Assembly: GCA_036172245.1 (NCBI GenBank)
Contig: JAYWIR010000018.1
Location: 1,426,001 to 1,490,000, forward strand
Length of the DNA stretch: 64,000 bases
Source: Raillietiella orientalis
Lineage: Eukaryota
Direction: 5' to 3'
Part shown: positions 27,294-38,700 of the stretch, one piece after another
Layout of the letters: every line of letters begins with the position of its first letter
Position numbering within the stretch: position 1 is the first letter of the stretch
Made by a program: the position numbers and the translations under genes
The notes under the pieces: model-generated
Databases searched by the model: none
The model's input: only the letters and a program-made list of their open reading frames with translations
Told to the model about the DNA's origin: nothing

Positions 27294-30200
27294 TCCTTTT
27301 CTCCATCCCCGCGCGTCCGGGTTTGCGCGCCTGTGGTCGACGATTGTGGCTCCATGGAGAAGAGCGATGTGCAACCACAGGGGAGGGGGCTGCCGCGGTG
27401 TGGAAGACCCTCGAGCCGTGCGCGCATCTACCCCACCCCCTCCCCTTCCCCAGGTAGTGACGGCCTCGCGGTGATTCTGTGAAGCAAGCTGGTGCCCGTG
27501 GAGGTCAGAGTAACGGCGGCTGATGTTCGCGGTTGCTCGGGTGACGAGTCACTCCGCGGTCCAGAGGTGTTCCGCGATCTTTTTTTTTTTTTACCGTCGC
27601 TCTTCCTACTTCCTTCCCCCCTTCCTTTCCGCTCTCCTCACAGTGCCCTAGAAGGCAGTCCCTATTCTCTTGTCCGTTTTTTCTTTTGTTTCCTTTCCCT
27701 TTTCAAGATTCCTCATGCGGTGGCGCCACTCGATCGGCGGTCCCGGAAAGGCTCCGCCCGTTCTTGATCTCTTAGCCGCTGCGGCAGGGCGTCTTTCCCC
27801 CGAAGCTACCATAGTAAAAATGCTGTCAAGAAATTCTTTGAAAGTTCGTTTTGGGTTCTCACGGGAGAGGTCAGACCAAGAAGGGAGGGTTCCGATTCCA
27901 CAGTCACCTCTGGTTCTCTGAAGAACTTTCAGGGAACTGTCTGCTTTCTCGATGTAGGCAGCTTTCTTTCCCTCCCTCCGCATTTGTTGCATCCACTCGT
28001 CTACTACCCAGAATTCTCAAAGATGGGTCGCTGCCTCGCAGGAGGCAACTTCTGGTTCCCAACGCAACGGTCCCGGTCGCTCTCCGTCTGGGAGAAGGGG
28101 ATGGAATCTCCGCTCCCTTGCCGAGGCGAAGGCGAGACGGTGGGGGCCAGGAGCTTCCTGGTGGTATTCCGTGAGCGCGCAACAGCATCGACTTGCGGGA
28201 GTTGACCTCGGACAAGTGCACGCACGCTCAGGAGGTGGCAAGGAAGACAAGAGAGCCAAACCACACCTCCTTCGCCTTTTTTCCTTCCCCTTTTCAGCCA
28301 AAGGAACGAATTCCAACGATTCCCTGCAGATACCGGAAATGTCCGCCGCGCTGCCCATGCGCTTCCCGAGACCAGCGGAAGCGAACGGCGAAGCGGCCCC
28401 TGTGATCCGTGTATGCGCTTCTCATAAATCCGCTCCACGCTCTCAGGTGCTCGGAATTGCCCTCTCACGACAGGTCCCTTTCATCCCAGCTCTGGCTACC
28501 ACAGTGGTCTCGATGCCCTGACGGATGGACCGAAGGGTTCCTAGAGCTGTCTCTCGGAATTGCCCTCGGGCGGGAGTGCCTTCTCACGAACGATGACCAC
28601 CTTGCCTTCTGCATCAATCTCCGCGTTGCTTGCTCCGGTTCCCTTGACGCGCTTGCATCATCTTATCATTGACGTCTTCCTATATCAGGTACAGAGTGAA
28701 TGAACGAGGAGAGAACCGGTAGCAGCTGCTCGGGAACAATTAAAAATGCGGTGTCTCCAGCTTCGGCGGTTATTTCGAATACTCGTGCCTTCCTACTTAC
28801 TTCCGGAGGAACGAGAAATAAAGGGAGTACCCCGTCGCTGTTGATGACCACCAAATTCTCCTTGCTGCTGCGGCTTTTAGGACAGCAAAGAGGAACCGAA
28901 AACACTATGAAATGAACGCGGAGGCACCCGAGTTGCTGACGCGTTCTCCGAAGGCGTAAAGACCGCAACCGACCAGTCCTTCCACATACTGCAGTCTTTC
29001 ACGAGTCCAACAGACGTGTGTTCCGGGAATGAGACCTCCTGCTAAAGGTCTCATCTTGAAAGAAACGAAGGAGAAAAACCATTCCCACAAGGAATGGATT
29101 CCAAGACCCTAACGAAGAGAGAATTGATTCCCTTAAGAATAAAACACTTCAATCTAAGTGTTTCTTTCACTTTGGGGGGAAAGACCCACGTGTCTCTCTT
29201 ACCATCTAGCCATCTCTTCTCGCGGACAAGAATTGGAATTTTCGATTACCCAACCAGGTGAGGCTGGAAATCTTTTACGTCGAGGATCCCATTTTCCCAT
29301 TTTGTCAACTTGCAAATTGCTTGAACGTGCTGAGTGAGAGCTTAACGATCTTTGTCCCCCCCCCCCCCCGACCTACACCTGTTGCTTTGTATTGCTTCCA
29401 TGTTGGCGTCCAGACCGATGTCACATAGCTGGCAGGAATCCTGACAAGCCGAAAAAGCTCTCGCGAAGTCGCTCGCTGCATAAAGGCGCTGCAAAACTTG
29501 ACCGATCCAAGAGTGGTCACAACAAAACTTGTCCCAGGCAAGTATCTCGGATCAAAGGAAAACAGAATTTCCCTCCCGTTAGTTCGACTATATTATCACG
29601 TGGTTTCATGGCCGTTTTTACTGACCCCAACCGACTACTTGCAAAAACTCCAAGTCATCCAAAACTGGGGGGGGGGGAGGGTAACCATCAACAGTGAACG
29701 CATTCTAAGATCAAGAATGATGCAGGCTGTCCATGTTTGATAAAAACTAATTTTGATCTAACCAATTCGCTTGTTCCTTCTTCTTCGAAAGGTATTCAAC
29801 ATCCGTTTCTCGATATCTTTCACGACCAATAAAAACAGCTAACTGCTGTTGGTCTTCCTTCCATCCGATCTACGTTGAAAGCAAAGATGAGCATAAAACA
29901 CAACTCAAGCAACACTTCAAAACTTGAGAATGAGCCATTTACTTATCACGAGGTTGGATTCCTGTTCGCAGAGGCTTCTCATTTTTGGACGGGTAGAAGA
30001 AGAGCCTTGAGGTGCCTTTAATTTTCATTTTGTGCACCAAGGAGTCAGCTGTCCTTCCATTTGAGTAGATTAAAGATGCACAATCCTGGAAAACTTTTCA
30101 GAGCATTATCGATCTCCTGGGGGGGGGGGGGATTCCAACACGAGATCTCAGCCTTCTTGTGCTTTAGTGAACAAAGATTACTTACTAGTCAGACATCATC

Positions 30201-32734
30201 GACTAGCAGCTACTGAGAACTCCAGAGCTTGCCGCTATAAGTGGAAGCCGTTACATCTCTGCTTTTACTATCCTTCACAAGCTTTAGGAAAACGATTTTT
30301 ACTCGGCGTTAATGACCTTTCCAGTTCCATAATAATCTGGTGAACGAATGAATTATTGGACTCTCAACTTGGTCATCTCACTGCTGCGTGAGTCTGTTCG
30401 ACTCCATGCTTAACAACACGTTGCAAACTCACGATCCGATTTTCTTGCTGCGACCGTGCTTTTCCTTCGCTCAATTCTGAAGAAAGCTCAAATCTCTTAG
30501 CACATCGCTTCGACTGATGGAGAATGCAGCTCTGAAGAGCGCAGGAAATACGGTGTTCAGATTCAACGTGGGCGTGAAACCCGCTCGTTTCGGATTATAC
30601 CAACTTTTGCTTGAAAAAGGCTGAGAGGCAATCCTCAATATGTTGTGTCTCCTTCTCTTGCATTGTAGAAATCGATCCCTGTTTTCCATTATCCTAACGA
30701 ATAGCTCTCTGTCTACAATAGGAGAAGCCCTCTTGTCACATCGTAGTCCTCAGCATCCTCAGGTTCTTCCCTCCAGCTTGAGAAAAATGTGCTTTTGGTG
30801 AAGTGTCTCTTCGAATTGAAGGGCGGAAGACGGAAAGGCAAAAATGGCGAAAAAAAAACTTTAGCTTTTATTGATGATGATTTGACTTTTGGATATACCA
30901 TGACTCGCGGGATGGTTGCTCTGTTCTGGAGCTCAAAACGGACATTTGGTGTGTTCCTTATTTGAAAAAAATTTGCTATGGCTAATCTATAAGCTGGGTG
31001 TAAGCATATGCCAGAGGCGGTCCCTGTCTTCTTTGATCGCCGCTTGTAATCCATTCCATCATTGCTCTATTCTGAATTTCTAGCTTTTTAGGTTGAAGGA
31101 AAAGTCGTGAAAATGAAAGTGTAAATCATTTTTAGCGCAAATAATTGTTTCACGTTTAGGAAACTTTTGAAAACTTTCTCCTTAAGAATTTTCACACAGA
31201 TGAAAATAAACAAAGAATCCTTTTAGCTATTGCATCATGCAGAAGCGAGGAAGACGTCGATTTCTAAGTTGGCCAAAATTGATTTGCCGTAGGTAATAAC
31301 AGAATCAGAAGACACAGAATCAAAGGCGGAATCTCGAGAACATAAAGTTCACATGAAATTCCGGCTTAATGGTCTAAGCTTGATGGAGAGTTAGCTGTCG
31401 GAATGCAACTCAAGAGCACCTTCTTGGTCATGAAATGCATCTCAAAGTCATCGGAGAAATGCAAACTCTTCAGAATCCCCTAGTTGCCTTCCGATGAAGG
31501 TGAGATGACATCATTCCCCATGATTCCTCCCGTTGTCGAGATCGAAACTGTTTGCCGTCTCACGGATTCAGACAGGCGTTTTCCCGCTCAAGAGCAAACT
31601 GTCTATCTCGGTCCCGATGGAATTCAGATGGCTTGACTAGTAGTGGCTGTCCACAGAGATGCAGAGTGAACTGGACTGGGCATTCGAGATGTGCACACAT
31701 TAGGAACCGAGCTTCCACTTCCCGACCGTGGTTTTACGGAGAAACATCCATTCAGTTCATGGCCGACCCAAACGGCCAGCTTCTGGAAGCAAAACCTGCA
31801 AAAGGTGCTCTTTGCAGGGAGAGAAACTTTGCACTCCCAAGTCAGGATGAGTTCTGAGGAGGTGCTCAGACGTCTTCGGACAGGCAGATTACCAGAAGTA
31901 CAGGAGGCACGTTTCCCTCCCTGCTCAACAGCTGCCTTTGCCCAAGCTTGAGAAATCCTATTCTGGACACCCTCGGTGCAGATCATAGATCGGATTCTGC
32001 ATTGGGATCAGTGAATAGGAAGAATGTCAATAATACGAAGGACCTACCTTACTCTTTCGATGTTACAATACATACGGCACAACACCCACGCGTAATGGTG
32101 CTGGAAGATCCCACGAGCAATGGAATCCAAAAATGAATGCAAAATCACAAGGCTTACAAACAGTCCCTGGGCTGGAACTTGATCAAGCTCATTACTCATG
32201 AACAAGCGTAAGGAATATGCACGTGCAGCAACGAGAATTTTCACATTATTCTTTGAAAATGGAACTCGAGCTATCTTTTATGACTCTCGAGATCAGTTTG
32301 CTGTGTGTGAGATGATGGCATCATTCCGATGAATCCTCGGGAAAGAGCTGCTAAAAAAACTGTATTTCATCAAAGCACGGCTCTTATGCAGAAACTGAGT
32401 AGTAAGTAAAATTAATGTTTGGATGTGATGAACTGAATGACTTTCTAAAGGAAATGTCTTGTTTTGCTTGCGTTTTTCAAAATCCACAAGATTTGCGAAT
32501 AAGATTTCAATTTCGACTATGGCTGTATATAATTTGTGCAATGCTCCCTGTGAATTTCATTTTTAGTCAATATCAAATACTTGAGAATAGATACTAATGA
32601 CTCATAACACATGAATTTTTATCACAAACACATCAGTTGGCCCGGATGTGGTACAATACTACCGGATACCTTCGAGTTTTTTTTTTTTTTTTTTTAGAAA
32701 AAGAGGAATCGAATTTTATTGTCCATAAATAAAT

Positions 32735-35700
32735 TTACATTTCTTCCAATGTTAGTGATTGTAACTTGAGTTTTCCTTCCTCACGTGCATCATCTTCCAG
32801 TAAGGGTAGGTGAGTTATTTGAGAATTAAGCAAATGACTGGGCACATAGAAAACATTATTTCCAACAGACATCTTGGACTGCAACAATAATAGTGACTTC
32901 CTCAACTGATATGTTTTTTTTGCCATTTCCGCCTGGCAGACATAGTCCACTGGGCAGTTAACAGAAAGCAATGCATGTTGATGTGACAATGTCATCAGCT
33001 CTGATTGCAGCTGCTCCAGTTCATGTGGTTCTGCAATTCTATCAGCAAGTCTACTCCAGACCTGAGACACCCGCAAATATCTGGAAAAAATCTGGCCACC
33101 CTGAGCCCAATCGGCTATATGTTGCTGATGAGGAGTCAGTTGCTCCAACATTTCTTCAAGGAAATGATGGCGCTCATTCACAACAGCACTAGCAGCAAGG
33201 TGATGTACCAGTATGTGATGACACTCAGCCCAAAGTCCAGCTTTAAGAAGGTATCTGGCTTCTGCCTCATACAACTTCTCAGAGTGGGCATGCACAGCCT
33301 TAGCACCATATACCCAGCTAGCAGGAAGCTGGAGAACATCCAGCAAGAATGCTTCCTGTTCTGGATTTTCTACTGCTGAAGCTTGCCTCATAAGTAAATG
33401 CTTAATGGCAACAGCACGCTGCTGCACATGACTGAGATGTAACAACACGAAGGCAGCCCACTGCCACAATCCCAGTGATTCCAGCTGACAAGCATAATCC
33501 ATATGTAACTTGTCAATACTATCTGGCAAAAAATGTACATCTGGCATAGCACCCAAGCATTCAAGAAGCAACCAGCTGTCTGCAATAAATCAATCTGGCA
33601 AGTTCAAAGTCTTCTTACCTCAGTCTGCACTCCAGAACATCATCAGTATGTCCTGCAGGACAAAGCAGCTTTCCTGCATGCTGACAACACCCACAATACA
33701 AACACAACAGCTGATATCGCAAATCCCATGGACCTTCTTTCTCGTGTTTCTGCACATATGGAGCAACAGGTGGATATCCATATTCCATTTGGGTAAAATT
33801 ATGCTGATACTGTAGTAAAACTTCTCTGATGGAAGCAAAAGGTGGACAAAAGTACCACAAATGCAAAGCAAATGTACGCAACCAGTCAAGGTCTGCACAT
33901 GTACTGATCAACTGCTGACTGCTTTGCCACTCAGGCAACCCAGCTAATAGTGCTATTAACTTTAAGCGATGTACATCCACAAACTGATCTGCTTTATGCT
34001 TCCGCCAAAAATCCAGCTGGCAGACCAAAAGTTCACGGAAAACATGAGAGCCAAGTGCTTGGCACAGCAATAATGAAAGACGCCAATCACCATTCTGTTG
34101 TGCTACATTTGCAGCTTGGGTAATCTGAAGCCCTGTCAGGAGACTAAATATGATGTCAACATGAGATTCATTAAGATGGCGTTCCATCTTTCCACACTCC
34201 TGTTTGATATCCACTGCAGTAATTTGCTCCAGCCAATGACTAAGCATCTGCCTTCTGGATACTTGTTCCTGATAGCTGTTGGCTTCTATGCTCTGATTGA
34301 GATGTTAAATTCTGAACAAACATACCAAATTTCTTAGGAGAAGAAAGACGACCCCAAAGAGCCATACATAGGTTCCAAACTTGAGTCTCATAAGTGCTGC
34401 TAGATGAACGTCCTGCTAAATTAGACAAGGCATGAATGGCCTCTGGACCCAATACAGTATGAGCTTGGGGACATTCATTACAATCAGGGGTGGTAATCTT
34501 GGTTAGCTTGAGCAAAGCTTTTAGGAATTCCTCATGCTGTTGTGTGTTCTGATTGCTATTGCCCAGCTGTTTGATGAATACAGGACGAGATGGGGGAAGC
34601 AGGAGGGAGTTACTGTCATCCAAACTACGCCATGGATGAATCCATTGCAGTGCAGATGTCCATCCCACTCGGAAGGAGCAGCCCATAAAGCTACTCCAAT
34701 CACCAAATTTTTGTCCAATTTGACCCATCAAAGATAAAGTCAAAGACAATTCAGCATATGGTTGAGATAAGTTTGTTTTTGGTATTAGATGGGGTCGTAT
34801 CAAATCATTCTGCAATGAAGTGACCAGGGCAGAAGCCTTCTCAGAAGCATAATAGTTCTTATGCATCTGAGACACCTTAGCACCAGGTCCAAGTGGTCGT
34901 TTTAATAAGGCTTTGCCTCGGGGAAGTAAGGCAGATAGAGCTGAAAATCACTGAAATGCGATTGCAACTCCTAATAACAGCACTCACAAATTTCTCCTAT
35001 TTCCTCTTCCTTTTCTTCTTCAGGAAAGAAGCATGCTTTCATGAGCTGCACGCGTTGGCTGGAAGCTCCCAAAGCTTTAGCTAACTTCTGAGTAGAAGGT
35101 AGGATTGCTGAATGAGAATCCTTGGGAGCCACATCTTGCATTTCTTCATCAGTATACAAAGCAGATGATATCATTGGAGACAAAAAATCTTTTGAAGGAA
35201 TGGAGTCTATCATCAAGTCTCCTTCTTGAGCTGCTTGTGGAATAGGTTGCTGTTGTAGTTGCAAGGGAGGACCACTGGCAACTGGTAACTCTTCTTCATC
35301 TGAATCTTGTAATCCATACTTAGAAAAATGAGGTACCTACAAATCTTTGTATTTAAAAAAAAAACACACACAATTACAAGTCTGAAATTCACCTGAAATA
35401 TCCAGGAACCCGTCTCTGGTTTATAATCCAGAAATTTGGCACCCATGTGAAGAGTTGCCCGCTCTAAACGTTCAGCATAAGCTAAACTCTTAATACGCTC
35501 AGGGTCAGATATTGGTGTGCGTGTTGTTTTGTCACTAGGCCACACACAATCTAAGGTTACTTCAGCTCTCCGATTTAATCCTTGTCCAAAAGGAGGTTTT
35601 TGAGAATCATCAGGATATACAATTACTTCCTTGTGTCTTATATGTACTGAAGCAACTCTGATATCCAAGAGTTCCATTTCACATACCTATGTCATCAAGA

Positions 35701-38700
35701 TGTAACCCTGCAACATTGATGCTTCCAGGAAAATAGATGCTTCCATAGCCTTGTCTGCCAACAGTGAATCCATCCACCCAGCATTCATCATGCTCATCTA
35801 CCTGAGTGGTTAAGGCTTCTAAACTAGGAACTGTATAATATCCGCAACGTTGCAAAATAATCCCAGCAGGATGTAGTTGCTGATCACCACTGTTTATATT
35901 AAGTCCTTCATTTTCTCCTCTGAATTTTACAGGAAGTATTTGGGTATCACCATCTGGTTCCAAAATGAACTTTTTTTCATCAGCATTCATAACAGTTATT
36001 GTGTCTTCTGAAACAACTGGAAACATGTTTCCAGAGTCAGTGCATACACGTGTATTGGCAAAAACATGGGGTATGAATTCTGGAGTCGACACAAATCCAT
36101 ATTTCGAAAAATGAGGCACCTAAAGAACCTTTTATTTTCAATGAGTACATACACAGTTCTCACCTGAAATACCCAGGAACCTGTCTCTGGTCTATAATCT
36201 AGAAATTTGGCACCCATGCGAAGAGTTGCCCGCTCTAAACGTTCAGCATAAGCTAAACTCTTAATACGCTCAGGGTCAGATATTGGTGTGCGTGTTGTTT
36301 TGTCACTAGGCCACACACAATCCAAGGTTACTTCAGCTCTCCGATTTAATCCTTGTCCAAAAGGAGGTTTTTGAGAATCATCAGGATATACAATTACTTC
36401 CTTGCGTCTTATATGTACTGAAGCAACTCTGATATCCAAGAGTTCCATTTCACATACCTATGTCATCAAGATGTAACCCTGCAACATTGATGCTTCCAGG
36501 AAAATAGATGCTTCCATAGCCTTGTCTGCCAACAGTGAATCCATCCACCCAGCATTCATCATGCTCATCTACCTGAGTGGTTAAGGCTTCTAAACTAGGA
36601 ACTGTATAATATCCGCAACGTTGCAAAATAATCCCAGCAGGATGTAGTTGCTGATCACCACTGTTTATATTAAGTCCTTCATTTTCTCCTCTGAATTTTA
36701 CAGGAAGTATTTGGGTATCACCATCTGGTTCCAAAATGAACTTTTTTTCATCAGCATTCATAACAGTTATTGTGTCTTCTGAAACAACTGGAAACATGTT
36801 TCCAGAGTCAGTGCATACACGTGTATTGGCAAAAACATGGGGTATGAATTCTGGAGTCGACACAAATCCATATTTCGAAAAATGAGGCACCTAAAGAACC
36901 TTTTATTTTCAATGAGTACATACACAGTTCTCACCTGAAATACCCAGGAACCTGTCTCTGGTCTATAATCTAGAAATTTGGCACCCATGCGAAGAGTTGC
37001 CCGCTCTAAACGTTCAGCATAAGCTAAACTCTTAATACGCTCAGGGTCAGATATTGGTGTGCGTGTTGTTTTGTCACTAGGCCACACACAATCCAAGGTT
37101 ACTTCAGCTCTCCGATTTAATCCTTGTCCAAAAGGAGGTTTTTGAGAATCATCAGGATATACAATTACTTCCTTGCGTCTTATATGTACTGAAGCAACTC
37201 TGATATCCAAGAGTTCCATTTCACATACCTATGTCATCAAGATGTAACCCTGCAACATTGATGCTTCCAGGGAAAAAGACACTTCCATAACCTTCTCTAC
37301 CAACAGTGAATCCATCTACCCAACATTCTTGGTTTTCATCTACCAGAGTGGCCAACTCTTCCAAACTGGGGATGGTATAATAGCCACAACGTTGCAAAAC
37401 AATCCCAGCAGGATGTGGTTGCTGATCACCACCACCTATCCTCGGTTCTCCATCTTCTTTCGAGGTTTCAGGAGTTATTCCAGCATCACCACCACCTGGT
37501 TCCAAAATGCGGTTTCCTCGATTAGCATTAAGAACTGCTATTGTGTCATCTAGGGAGTTGTTTCCAGAGGCATTGCATAAAAATTCGTCAGAAACCAAAG
37601 GCTGCCTAAGTTCTGGAGTTGAGGTAAATGGCTGCAATCTAGTTACCATGTTAATAAGTAGGGAACTCCATGCTAATTACCCACCTAGATGTCAATGGCT
37701 CAGCTACTGAATTATCTCCCTCCTTGACTGCATCCACTGTTACATTCTGAGGATTATCATCTGAAGTGCTTTTCTGGATGACCAGTCTTTTCCAACTTTT
37801 TCTGGGAACAAATGCTCTTGGACTGACAGTTGTATTGTTTTCTTCCAATCCTTCAAATAAAGAGGAACGATTCATAGCTATTGGAGTGATGGGGGTAGGT
37901 CTCAGAGCTGACTGCAATTGAGAGCCAACTTTGTACTGATTGGCACGCAGAAATGCCCTCTGATAAATGGGATTTGTAGGTTTTAATATCTCCTCGCGGC
38001 GTCCTGTGTCATGCAATATACCACGGAAAAGAGGTGAATCTCCATAAGGACTGCTTGCCAAAGAAAGCACTTGTTGATGCACATCTTGGACCTGAGTCAC
38101 TGGGCCCATGCTATCACAAATAAGCAAACATACATGTCATGTAGCTAAATTACCTGCTAGTTTGCAAATTTCCGACATTCAAGTTAGAAGTACTCATTCC
38201 TATGGCACTACCCATTCCAAAAGGCAAAGTGTTACCAAAACCTGATGGAGTTCCAAAATTCATAATTCCAGGTTTATTGGTCAAACTGGAACCAAAAGGA
38301 CTTGGAGCCTGCCCTGCCGTAATCCCTGTGGCTCCAAAACTGGGAGCAGCAGCACCAAAATTGAATGTGCCCATAGTTGTGGCTGGTTTATTGGCACCAA
38401 AAATTCCACCCGTGGAAGCTGGTTGTGCACCAAAACCACCAAAGCTGCTGGCAGTGGAAGTGAAAGGAGCCCCAAAAGCAGCTGGTTTGGAGCCAAACAG
38501 AGATGTGTTAGTGGTTGCAGGGGCACCAAAAGTAAAAGTACTAGGAGCAGTTGTAGTACTCCCAAATGTTGGTTTATTACTAGCAAAAAGGCCTCCCTGG
38601 AATATCAACTTGATGATGGTCCTCTGGAACTTATCTACTAACCTGTTGCTGGTTTGTCTGACCAAAAGTAAAAGCTGTTGTTCCAAAACTGGTGGGCTGA

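Noticed and set aside
29000..32600. Possible decayed transposon in the fat/Nup98 intergenic region
   Set aside because: No motif series, terminal repeat or TSD that I could support.
32677..32720. Poly(T) tract just past the Nup98-96 stop and AATAAA, suggesting a retrocopy
   Set aside because: The gene has 17 introns. This is a genomic homopolymer.
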